From: Candidatus Latescibacterota bacterium
GTDB lineage: Bacteria > Latescibacterota > UBA2968 > UBA8231
Assembly (NCBI GenBank): GCA_963422735.1
Contig: OY730476.1
Location: 1,088,001-1,152,000, forward strand
DNA: 64,000 nucleotides
Direction of reading: 5' to 3'
Every line of letters begins with the position of its first letter. Within the stretch, counting starts at the first letter, position 1. The notes beneath the pieces are model-generated. The model was not told the DNA's origin. It searched no databases and saw only the letters and a list, made by a program, of their open reading frames with translations. The translations under genes were made by a program, and so were the position numbers. Positions 9,259 through 18,021 of this stretch are shown in pieces.

Positions 9259-11691
9259 ATGCCTATCGGAATTTTATTGGCCCTCGCCCTTGGCTTTGCC
9301 GCTGCCGTCCGCGCTCAAGACGAAGACTACCCAGCCGAGACGCTAGTCCCCGAAGTCGATCTGGGCTTGCAGCCGACTCCGCTCATTGTACCCGAGTCTT
9401 TTCGCGGTGCCGTACCCCAAGACTTAGTGCTCAACCTCCCCCCTGTCTTCTCGGCTCGCGTCTTCGCCCACGAGGGGCTACGCAAGCCCCGCTTTATGGC
9501 CTTTGATCCCAATGGCGTACTGCACGTGGCCAACATGGGTGCTGGCCAGATCGTCGCCCTGCCCGACCGCGACCGCGATGGCGTAGCCGACGAGCGCATC
9601 GTCTCCCTGCGCGGACTCGAAGAAGCCCACAGCCTACTGTTCTACAAAGGTGCGCTCTATGTCGCCGAGGAACACCAAGTCATCCGCGTGCGCGATACCG
9701 ACGGCGACCTAGTGTACGAGGACGAAGAAGTCGTCCTGCCCGACGTTCCTTGGGAGGGTTGGCACGATACCCGCACTCTCGTTGTCGATCGCCGCAACGA
9801 CAAAATGTATCTGTCAATCGGCTCACCCTGCGACCTGTGCCGCATGGACGAGGGCTTTCAGGTCGTCGGGAACACCACCAATATAGTGCCCCACCACCCC
9901 GAGCGCGGCACCATTGTGCAGTTCAATCCCGACGGCAGCGGCCGGCGCATCTTTGCCACTGGCATCCGCCACGTCATCGGCATGGACTTCCACCCGCAGA
10001 CCAACGAACTGTGGGCCAATCACAACGGCCACGATCTCGAAGGTCGCACTCGCCCGCCTGAGTGGATTGACATCATCGGCGACCAAGCCTTTATGGGCTA
10101 TCCTTTGGTTCACAGCCACCAAGTCTGGAGTGACTTTACCATTGGTCGCTACAAAAAAGTACTGCCCATCACCCGCCAAGACAGCCTCCTCGCCGCCACC
10201 CAAAAACGCCCGGTGGCCTTGGTGCCAGCCCACTACGCGCCGATGGGCCTCCACTTCTACACCGGCGACCAGTTCCCCACCCGCTACCACAACGCCGCCT
10301 TCGTCGCCTTCCGCGCTGGCAAAGCCAAGCTCTCATCGCACCCCGGCTACCTAGTAGCCGCCCTCTTTAGCCAACCCGATGGCAGCGACGCCCGCCTGGG
10401 CAGCTTTGTCACCGGCTTCCAAGCCGGAAAGACCCAAGGAGATGTCTGGGGCTTTCCCGTCGGGCTTGCCACCGACGCCGAGGGCAGTCTATATGTCACC
10501 AGCGATAACCGCAACCACCTCGTCATCAAGATCACCTATAACCCCATCGGCGGATCGTGGGAACACCAGATGCCCGACGCCTTGTCCATCGGCGACGCGC
10601 TCCAAGTTCGCGCCACTGTGCGCGTCGAACGGCTCAGCCCCGACGGCGGGCCACCTCGCCTGACCGCGGACCTAAGCTCTTTGGGCGGCCCGGCAGCCCT
10701 GCCGCTGGTCGCCCTCGACGACCAGACCTATCAGCTCGACACCCGCTTGGAAACCGCCGACCTGCCCAAGGGCTTCTACAAAGTGATCGTACGCCTCAAA
10801 CAGGAGGTCAATGGCGTCTTCAAGAGCTTCGATTTCATCCACCCAATCGCCCTCCTGCCACCGGATTTGTCCATCTTCGACGAGAGCGTAGCTGCCGACT
10901 GGCAGTTGGTCGGCAACAGCAGTGCCCGAATGCGGGTCACAAGCGATGGCCCCATCTTCTACGGCACCCGCGCCACTGCCATTGAGGCGGAGCCCAAAAA
11001 CTTCTACACTCCGTGGGCCATCGAATTCCGCCCAGACGCACCCGTCGATCCCCTCGGCTTTGCCGGCGTACGCTTCGCCTTTCATCCCGGCGACATCGAG
11101 TTGCCTACCTTTACTATCTTCGTCCTCTTCATCGATGGCCTCGGCGTGGATTTGGCGCGCGATCCCGAGCAATTCCACATCGACTTTTCGCGCCGCGAGT
11201 GGCAAATTATAGAAATCCCCTTCACGGCCTTCGACCAGCCCAACTACTACGGTCCCGGCCTCCGCGATCAAGTGGACTTGATTGACGGCCTCCGCTTTGA
11301 GGGAAACATGACGGGCACCTTCTATCTAGATGATGTGCGCCTAGTAGCGCGCATCCCGTCCGTGCCACGCGTACCAACGGCCGTCGCAGAAGGATTCAGC
11401 GAGGACCAGCCTGCCGCCTTCGTCCTCGCCCAGAATGTCCCTAACCCCTTCAACAGCACCACCGCCTTCCACTTCGCACTGCCGCAAGCAGCCGACATCG
11501 AATTGGCCATTTACAACCTCACCGGCCAAAAGGTCTCCCGCCTCGCACGCGGCTGGTACTCAGCCGGGCACTACACGGTCCATTGGGACGGGCGCAACGA
11601 CGCGGGCGTACGCTTAGCCAGTGGTGCTTACATCTATCGCCTGCTCGCTGGAGGGCAGGTCCAGGTGCGCAAGTTGCTCCTGTTGCGCTGA
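9259..11691 (+). CDS. Secreted glucose/sorbosone dehydrogenase-family beta-propeller protein with C-terminal FlgD-Ig (T9SS type A-like) domain
   Basis: Signal peptide; LRKPRFMAF, LYLSIGSPCD, FATGIRH, AHYAPMGLHFY; tail LAQNVPNPFNSTT...WDGRNDAG...SGAYIYRL. Confidence 0.85.
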   Translation: MPIGILLALALGFAAAVRAQDEDYPAETLVPEVDLGLQPTPLIVPESFRGAVPQDLVLNLPPVFSARVFAHEGLRKPRFMAFDPNGVLHVANMGAGQIVALPDRDRDGVADERIVSLRGLEEAHSLLFYKGALYVAEEHQVIRVRDTDGDLVYEDEEVVLPDVPWEGWHDTRTLVVDRRNDKMYLSIGSPCDLCRMDEGFQVVGNTTNIVPHHPERGTIVQFNPDGSGRRIFATGIRHVIGMDFHPQTNELWANHNGHDLEGRTRPPEWIDIIGDQAFMGYPLVHSHQVWSDFTIGRYKKVLPITRQDSLLAATQKRPVALVPAHYAPMGLHFYTGDQFPTRYHNAAFVAFRAGKAKLSSHPGYLVAALFSQPDGSDARLGSFVTGFQAGKTQGDVWGFPVGLATDAEGSLYVTSDNRNHLVIKITYNPIGGSWEHQMPDALSIGDALQVRATVRVERLSPDGGPPRLTADLSSLGGPAALPLVALDDQTYQLDTRLETADLPKGFYKVIVRLKQEVNGVFKSFDFIHPIALLPPDLSIFDESVAADWQLVGNSSARMRVTSDGPIFYGTRATAIEAEPKNFYTPWAIEFRPDAPVDPLGFAGVRFAFHPGDIELPTFTIFVLFIDGLGVDLARDPEQFHIDFSRREWQIIEIPFTAFDQPNYYGPGLRDQVDLIDGLRFEGNMTGTFYLDDVRLVARIPSVPRVPTAVAEGFSEDQPAAFVLAQNVPNPFNSTTAFHFALPQAADIELAIYNLTGQKVSRLARGWYSAGHYTVHWDGRNDAGVRLASGAYIYRLLAGGQVQVRKLLLLR

Positions 11692-11718
11692 GGCGCAGCC
11701 GTTTGCCAGATTAAACCC

Positions 11719-14043
11719 ATGTCCACCGTTCTTTTGGTTCTTTTTTTTGTTGCCGCCGCTGATGCCGACCAACTGCGCTTTAGCTCGGCGAGCCAGTGGA
11801 GCGATTGGCAATTGCCCCTCGGCGCAGTCGAGATTGCGGCCAATGGTTCGATTCAGCCGACGCGCGTTGTCAAAAATACCGATGCCGCACGTAATGCCCT
11901 CCACCTAGGCGGTGGTATTCGCCGCGTCGGCTCCAATCCTAGAGACGCCGACGCGCTCCTCGACGGAAACATAACGACCGGCTGGGGGCCCGATCCGGCG
12001 GACGCCTCCGAGGACTGGTTCGTCGAAATCGACCTTGGTCGCAGCGTCTCAGCGCGCAGCATCGCCTTAGTCTTCGCCGAAGATGCGCCGCCCTTTGAGC
12101 TATTCGACCTCTTACTTTCTGCCGGCGAGCCGCAGCTCGACCACGTCGCCAACTCAATCGAAGGCTCCCTGATCTACCGCATTAAAGAGCGCTTCAAGGA
12201 AAACGCGCGCCACCGCGTCGCGTACGCCCCGGGCGACGCGCTCTACCTGACGCCGATCCGCTACCTGCAAATCCGCAACCTCAAGCACATTCCCGACGCC
12301 CGGCTCGTCGCCATCGAGGTCGAGAGCATCGGCGACAATCTCACCCTCAACCTCGTCGAGCGCGGCGGGGCCATCGACGTGGTCATCGACGCCTTTGTCC
12401 GCGCCGAAGAGGTCACCTTGGGCAACGCGCTCAACCTAGTCGATGGCTCAATTTTCGACCGTTGGCGCAATGGGCGCGAGCCGCGCAACACCTACAATAC
12501 CTGGAGCCACATTACCATCGACTTAGGGGCCGTCTATCCAGTGGACTTCGTGCGCCTGATTACCGGCGTGGCCATCCGCGGCGGCTTTGGCGAGCACCTT
12601 CTGCGCACCCGGGCCGGGGCCAGCGGCGCACGCTCCTTCAGCTACAAAAACTACGAGGTCCTCACCTCGGACGGCACCATCGCCCCCGACGGCACCCGCA
12701 TCTGGACGCGACACTTTGCCGGGGACGCCGCCAGCGAAAACCACCGCGCAGGGCTAGCCGACCACCAGTTCCCCACCCTACCGGCCCGCTACGTCCGCAT
12801 CGCCTGGCTCATCTGGGATGCCACCTGCGCCGCGACCCTGCCCGACGCCTCCTCGCGCTGGGGCTGCTACGCCAACGGATCCGCCGAAGAAATCCAAGTG
12901 TACGGCGAGGGCTATCCCCTCGTCGTCCGCCTCCGCTCGCCGCTCATTGACCTAGAAAGCGGCAAGAGCCTCAACTCGATTGAGTGGCAGGGCCAGACCC
13001 CCTTGGGCACCCACATCGAAATCCGCTCGCGCACTGGCGACGAGGTAGTAGAGCAATACACTTTTCACGACAAAAATGGCAAGCAAGTAAACCAGAGACG
13101 ATACGACAAACTGATCCCCAGTTTCAGGGGCAGGATCGACACCACGCGCATCGCTGGTGCGGACTGGAGCCCCTATAGCAATATCTACAGCACTTCGGGT
13201 GATGCCTTCCAGTCGCCCTCGCCGCGCCGCTTTATGGAACTCGATGTGCGCTTGGTGTCCGACAGTCCGACGCAGGCCGCCCACTTCGACTGGCTGGCCG
13301 TCAACTTCACCGACCCACTGGCATCCGAGGTCGTCGGCGAGGTGTTCCCCCTCCAAGTCGCACCCGGCCAAGAGACCCAATTTTCCTACTTCCTGCGGCC
13401 TGCGACGACCCAAGACGGCTTCGACCAAATCGCAATTGAAGCCACCACATCCCCCCGCTTTGACGCCGCCTTTGTCGATGGCGAACCTATCGAGGTCGCC
13501 ACCGAGGCCCTCGCTCAGGGCTTTCGCGCCACCTTCCCGCGCCGCATTCGTAGCCGTCAGCTCATCGAACTGCGCTTCTCCGCCCCCATCTACCTACAGG
13601 CGACCCGCTTCGACGCCTTTCTCGAAGACAGCCAAAAGGCACAGACGCGGCAACTCGTTGACATAGGCGACGCTACCCCCCAAGTCGAGAGCAGTTCCAA
13701 CGTCGTGCGCCTGCCCGTAGCCGACCAGCTCTTTGCCGGCCTCTCGTTCAGCCCCGCGCTCATTACGCCCAACGGCGACGGGATCAACGACCAACTCCTC
13801 GTTTCCTTCAGCCTCATCAACGTGCTCTCCGACCGCCCCTTGCACCTGCGGCTCTATGACTTGTCCGGCCGGCCGCTTTTTAGCCAGGAGCAGGCTCGCC
13901 AAGCCGGCCACATCGCATGGCACTGGGACGGCCGCGACTTACACGGCCAGCGCGTACCGCCCGGCCTCTACATAGCCGAACTGCACATCTCCGGCGATGC
14001 CGGAGACCGCAGCGTGAGACGCATCGTGGCCGTGGCTTATTAG
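11719..14043 (+). CDS. Secreted multi-domain protein (discoidin-like repeats) with FlgD-Ig C-terminus
   Basis: Signal peptide; two W/H-x-x-IDLG discoidin-like motifs; tail ITPNGDGIND...WDGRD...PGLYI. Paralogue of 26305..28650. Confidence 0.8.
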   Translation: MSTVLLVLFFVAAADADQLRFSSASQWSDWQLPLGAVEIAANGSIQPTRVVKNTDAARNALHLGGGIRRVGSNPRDADALLDGNITTGWGPDPADASEDWFVEIDLGRSVSARSIALVFAEDAPPFELFDLLLSAGEPQLDHVANSIEGSLIYRIKERFKENARHRVAYAPGDALYLTPIRYLQIRNLKHIPDARLVAIEVESIGDNLTLNLVERGGAIDVVIDAFVRAEEVTLGNALNLVDGSIFDRWRNGREPRNTYNTWSHITIDLGAVYPVDFVRLITGVAIRGGFGEHLLRTRAGASGARSFSYKNYEVLTSDGTIAPDGTRIWTRHFAGDAASENHRAGLADHQFPTLPARYVRIAWLIWDATCAATLPDASSRWGCYANGSAEEIQVYGEGYPLVVRLRSPLIDLESGKSLNSIEWQGQTPLGTHIEIRSRTGDEVVEQYTFHDKNGKQVNQRRYDKLIPSFRGRIDTTRIAGADWSPYSNIYSTSGDAFQSPSPRRFMELDVRLVSDSPTQAAHFDWLAVNFTDPLASEVVGEVFPLQVAPGQETQFSYFLRPATTQDGFDQIAIEATTSPRFDAAFVDGEPIEVATEALAQGFRATFPRRIRSRQLIELRFSAPIYLQATRFDAFLEDSQKAQTRQLVDIGDATPQVESSSNVVRLPVADQLFAGLSFSPALITPNGDGINDQLLVSFSLINVLSDRPLHLRLYDLSGRPLFSQEQARQAGHIAWHWDGRDLHGQRVPPGLYIAELHISGDAGDRSVRRIVAVAY

Positions 14044-14064
14044 GTACGCCTGATCGCTTGCTTG

Positions 14065-14162
14065 GTTAGTGGTTAGTGGTTAGTGGTTAGTGGTTAGTGG
14101 TTAGTAGTTAGTGGTTAGTGGTTAGTGGTTAGTAGTTAGTGGTTAGTGGTTAGTGGTTAGTG
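14065..14162 (+). repeat. Heptamer tandem array (GTTAGTR), 14 units, preceding MITE copy 2
   Basis: 12 GTTAGTG and 2 GTTAGTA units read directly. Confidence 0.98.
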
Positions 14163-14318
14163 GTCCGTCCCATCCGCCCCCTTGGCGGCGGGTACCCGGC
14201 GACGGGCCACGGAACATCGACGCGGGGGACCGGGCTGGCTCGGACGAGGGCTACGGGCCAGCTGAGTGAGACCGCCTACATGAAACCGGAATGCCCAACC
14301 GTACACTAGGAAATTCCG
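14065..14318. mobile_element. Second, partial copy of the MITE (array, core and right end; left TIR and target duplication not found)
   Basis: 14167-14318 aligns without gaps to 9030-9181 (152 nt, 10 substitutions by eye) and ends in CTAGGAAATTCCG. Confidence 0.85.
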
Positions 14319-14790
14319 TTCCCGAAGATGAACTTGAGGGAGCCATCAGGTTCACGAAAGCGAAGACAAAACGCGAAGCCATCGTCCGAGCCGTCGCGGG
14401 CTTCAACCGCCGGCGCATGGCGGAACTCGTCCAATACGCCGGCACCTGCCCGGGTTTGATCGCGCCGCAAGAGCTTCAGGCCACGCGCCGGCAGGGCTGG
14501 ATGCTTCGTCCGGGCGGGGATCCCACGGTTCGCGCCCGTGTCGAAGCGGTGCTGACCACGGGGCAAGCCCGTTGGTGCCCGCGGGTGCAACTCGAACTGT
14601 GGAACAGTGCCTCCGGGCAACAAGAACAGAAGGGTCTGCAGGACTTTGCCCGCACCTTCCCCGAGCTTCCCATCGACCAAGAGGTCTGGCAGGCGGCCTA
14701 TGATCTGGCGCGGCGAGCGCGAGCCCAAGGCGTTACCGCACCAGCCACCGATGTGATCTCTCCCGCCGCCACGGCACCGCTCTCCGGCTC
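14319..14790 (+). pseudogene. vapBC: Collapsed vapBC locus: 5'-truncated VapB joined in frame to an N- and C-truncated VapC PIN domain
   Basis: PEDELEGAIRFTKAKTKREAIVRAV (VapB-like) runs into WMLRPGGD...VQLELWN...ATDVI (VapC lacking its first catalytic Asp strand). Confidence 0.75.
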
Positions 14791-14814
14791 GCCTTGCCAC
14801 AGTCGGGAATGTCG

Positions 14815-15313
14815 GCATGACACCGCCACCGACCACGATCACAGCGCGTACGTCGTCCACCCGCTGACGAATGCGGGCGAGATCGCCAAGAGTGCGTGGG
14901 TCGCTCCTTTGCTTGGGGGGACGAACAGTGCTGAATCGGTTGCTAAGACTAGGTGATCGTAGGAAATCCGCTCGCCATCGGCCGCCTGAATCGCGTGGTT
15001 TTCACGGTCAATGGAGGACACCGGATTGTCGGCGATGACCCGGATACCCAGCGGCTCGCTCCAAGGCGAGCCACCCGGTGAGGCGGACTCGGTCGTATGC
15101 CAAATGCGGCTTCTCGCCAATGACGGTGACGGCGTAGCGTTCCAGTGCTTCCAGAGCGGCCAAACGCTCGACGAACTTGTACGCTACCATACCAAATCTC
15201 GCGACCACCAGCCGTTGGCGCTTTTCGGGTGCCGGAAGCCCGCCTCGGTCTGCGGGCCGAGCAATTGGGGCCGCGCTTATGCTCCCAGCCTCGTTTACCG
15301 TGAGGATGGACAT
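14815..15313 (-). pseudogene. nirB: N-terminal remnant of NADH-dependent nitrite reductase large subunit
   Basis: RLVVARFGMVAYKFVERL, IGEKPHLAYDRVRLT, SYDHLVLATDSALFVPP and VIVVGGG occur in successive frames; the rest is deleted. Confidence 0.75.
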
Positions 15314-15332
15314 GCTGCCATCGCGTTCCCTT

Positions 15333-15899
15333 TCACCCCCACAAAAAGAACGCGGCCAACAGCGCGATCCACACCGCTTCGAGGAAATGCCAGTATGCGG
15401 CGCAGGCCCGCACTGAGAGCAAATGCTCGCTGTCGAGCCGATTCATGCGCGCCTTCCACGCCAGCACCGACAACGGCACCATCCCCCCCACCACGTGCAG
15501 CGCGTGAACCACCACCAGAGCGAACGCAATGCCGTAGGCACTCGCCTCCAGCGCCCGGTGGCGATCGAGTAGCTGCATCAGCGCCGGCACCTGCGCGGCA
15601 ATGAACAACGCGCTCGTCACCCAAGCCCGGGCCAACCACCGCCGCAGGAGCGGGAAGTGCCCGCGCCGGGCGTTCTGCGTCGCCTTGTACATCGCCAGCC
15701 CAGCCCCCAACAGCACCGCCGTCGAAACGCCAAGCACCAGCGGCAGCTCAATGCGCTCGCTCCCCCGCAGCGCCGGGTTGGTCAGCCGCAAATAGGCAAA
15801 AGCCGCGATGCTGGCTCCAAAGAGCATGGCCAGCGAGACTAAAAACAGGGTCAGGCCCATTTGGCGACGCCCCCGCAGATCGGGCGAGTTCCAGTTCAT
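15333..15899 (-). CDS. Heme-copper oxidase subunit III family membrane protein
   Basis: GLTLFLVSLAMLF, HALHVVGG and YWHFLEAVW; five transmembrane helices. Confidence 0.85.
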   Translation of the reverse strand: MNWNSPDLRGRRQMGLTLFLVSLAMLFGASIAAFAYLRLTNPALRGSERIELPLVLGVSTAVLLGAGLAMYKATQNARRGHFPLLRRWLARAWVTSALFIAAQVPALMQLLDRHRALEASAYGIAFALVVVHALHVVGGMVPLSVLAWKARMNRLDSEHLLSVRACAAYWHFLEAVWIALLAAFFLWG

Positions 15900-16684
15900 C
15901 CCCAGCGATACTCAGGCGGGTCGAAGACAAACCCGTGGAAAAAGCGCCGCTGCGCGGGCGAAAGTCCCTGCAAAAAGGCCTGGTCGTAGCGCCACTGCTC
16001 GGCGCACGCCAGCATCCACGGATGTTCGTACCCATAGTACAGCATCACCCGCTTGCCCCCGCGACGCACAAACGGGCCGGCCGTATGCCACACCGCGTTG
16101 TGGAAGAGCACCGCCGTCCCCGGGCCGCCACATATTTGCACGGCCCCGGGCATATTATTCCCCGTGTCCGGCTCTAGCAGCGCCTTGTGGCTGCCGGGCA
16201 CCAAGGTCAGGTTGCCTTGGTCGGGTGCGCCCATGTCGCTCAAGTAATAGCCCACCTTGAACTGCAACAGCGGGATGTGCGGCTTGAGGTTGCGGAAGCC
16301 ATCCTGAATGCCGTCGATATGCCAGCCCTGTCCGTGGTAGTCGGCAGGTTCGACCTCATAGAAGGCGTCTGTCGAGTGCAGGTGCGGCATCTCGTTAAAG
16401 AGACCGTGGACATAGGCCATCATCGGCTCGTAGTCGAGCATTTCCAAAAAGAGTGGGTCTTCGGCCAGCAGGTGCATGATCCGCACGTTGGCTGCGTCGA
16501 GGCGGTCGGCAAAGGCCGGCTCGTGCGCACACTTAAGCTGGGAGTCGCGGCGACGCTCTATGGTGCGCTCCAGCACCGCGTAGAGTGCCGCGACGCGATC
16601 TGGCGCGAGAAAATCTTCCAACACCAAATAGCCGTTGTTGTCAAAGAAGAAACGCTCGGCGTCTGTGGGATGGCTTTTGGCCAT
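15896..16684 (-). CDS. Phytanoyl-CoA dioxygenase (PhyH) family protein
   Basis: FFDNNGYLVLED, WHID, GNLTLVPGSH and FHNAVWHTAG. Confidence 0.9.
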   Translation of the reverse strand: MAKSHPTDAERFFFDNNGYLVLEDFLAPDRVAALYAVLERTIERRRDSQLKCAHEPAFADRLDAANVRIMHLLAEDPLFLEMLDYEPMMAYVHGLFNEMPHLHSTDAFYEVEPADYHGQGWHIDGIQDGFRNLKPHIPLLQFKVGYYLSDMGAPDQGNLTLVPGSHKALLEPDTGNNMPGAVQICGGPGTAVLFHNAVWHTAGPFVRRGGKRVMLYYGYEHPWMLACAEQWRYDQAFLQGLSPAQRRFFHGFVFDPPEYRWG

Positions 16685-16992
16685 TTCCTTCCTCCTCGCC
16701 CGTCTTTTCTATCACTAGCTTGGTAATCTCGGTGACCTTGACTCGGCCTTTGTTTATCAGCACTCCACTTTCGTTCAGGTCAAAGCGCATAGCGAGAATG
16801 TTGGAGGCTCGCAGTTCGTCCAAATGCTGCTGGCTCAATCCCTCGTTGGGCGCAATCAGCAGGATGTTGTCCAGCGGCTTTTTGTTGTAATGCAGGTATT
16901 GCCGGTAGTTCAGGTGCATGATCAACGTCTTGCCGCTGCCGGTGGCCATCCAGAACGCCAACTGCGTCCTTTTGCCCGGAGCGGAGCGGCAT
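16685..16992 (-). pseudogene. res: Type III restriction endonuclease (Res) fragment
   Basis: Walker A LAFWMATGSGKTLIMH, then NILLIAPNEGLSQQH and VTEITKL; truncated at both ends. Confidence 0.85.
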
Positions 16993-17694
16993 CGCTAGGC
17001 TCCTTTCCACGATAGCTTCCAACTGACTGATGAGCAGCGGCAGGTGACCCCGCACAATATCGCAGAGCTTGTCGAGATCAACTTCGTCATAGCCGTGGGC
17101 TAGCACGTTGCGCGTACCAATAATTTCACCCCACGGCACTGCTGGGTGGCGTTGCCGCGTCGCTGGCGAAACTCGGTTGGCCGCTTCGCCGATAACTTCC
17201 ACTGCTCGCGCAAGGGCCAACTCCTTTATCTCGTCTAAATCCTCTCGGCTTATTCCGCCAAACAAATCAACCGCTTTTCTCGCGTGGATGAGCATATCCA
17301 GCAAGGGTACGCGGTCATCGCGCCGCTTCCCCCCTGTCTTGAGGGGCTTATCGCGGCCCTCTTGCGGCCAGCTTTCGTACCCCGGCCCGCGCTCGTACAG
17401 CGCTTCCACCGAGCCGAGTATTTCCTCCCGCAGCAGCCAATTTTGCTTGTTTTCAATGGACTCAAAGGTATGCATATCGGCCTTACGGCCCAAAATTTGG
17501 CCCAGATCCGCGGACACCTCAAAAAACTCCCAGCCCAAACGCACATCCGGCTCAAACTCTACTAGCACATCTACGTCGCTTTCCGGCCCGAAGTCGTCGC
17601 GCAGCACCGAGCCGAACAGGGCCATGCGCCGAATGCGGTTGCGGCGACAGAACGCGGCGATAGCGTCTTTGGGAATTTCGATTTGCATGCTCAT
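16780..17694 (-). CDS. Fused minimal nucleotidyltransferase (MntA-like) and HepT/DUF86 HEPN ribonuclease, with a read-through tail
   Basis: ATG at 17694 after GGAG. FGSVLRDDFGPESDVD (GSx10DxD) is followed in the same frame by EVIGEAANRVS...PWGEIIGTRNVLAHGY (RxxxxHxY). Confidence 0.85.
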   Translation of the reverse strand: MSMQIEIPKDAIAAFCRRNRIRRMALFGSVLRDDFGPESDVDVLVEFEPDVRLGWEFFEVSADLGQILGRKADMHTFESIENKQNWLLREEILGSVEALYERGPGYESWPQEGRDKPLKTGGKRRDDRVPLLDMLIHARKAVDLFGGISREDLDEIKELALARAVEVIGEAANRVSPATRQRHPAVPWGEIIGTRNVLAHGYDEVDLDKLCDIVRGHLPLLISQLEAIVERSLAMPLRSGQKDAVGVLDGHRQRQDVDHAPELPAIPALQQKAAGQHPADCAQRGIEPAAFGRTASLQHSRYAL

Positions 17695-17699
17695 TGCTC

Positions 17700-17911
17700 C
17701 ACTCCGGCGAACATCCGCAATGGCACCCTCGCCAAACAATTTTTTGACTTTCTGTGTTACCTTTTCAAATGGGTAACTTTTCGGCGACGAACTTCTCAAT
17801 GGTCTCCCGCTTATAGTTCATAATGCGGTAGATGCCAAAATCGAGGTCGGCGCAGTCGAACTGGAACAACTCGCGCAACAAATGCTGAAATTTCCCAATC
17901 GCGTCGGCCAC
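17700..17911 (-). pseudogene. mod: Type III DNA methyltransferase (Mod) N-terminal remnant
   Basis: GTG at 17911 after AAGGAAGG; KFQHLLRELFQFDCADLDFGIYRIMNYKR is the typical N-terminus of this Mod class; frameshift then deletion. Confidence 0.8.
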
Positions 17912-18021
17912 AAGGCCCTTCCTTTCTGTAATTTTGCCAGCCCGTCCCCGTGCGATTGCTGGCGGTTCCACGTCTCCCTTTCGCTATACACAGCGCACGT
18001 GTACGCGCAAGCCGCCTTTTC

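Noticed and set aside
14065-14162. Heptamer arrays as a CRISPR array or a telomere
   Set aside because: There are no unique spacers and no cas genes. The arrays are internal and tied to the MITE core, and the likeness to TTAGGG is superficial.
8957-14318. Composite transposon carrying the two secreted-protein genes
   Set aside because: The 8-bp duplication flanks copy 1 alone. The sequence after 14318 (TTCCCGAA) does not match the left flank.
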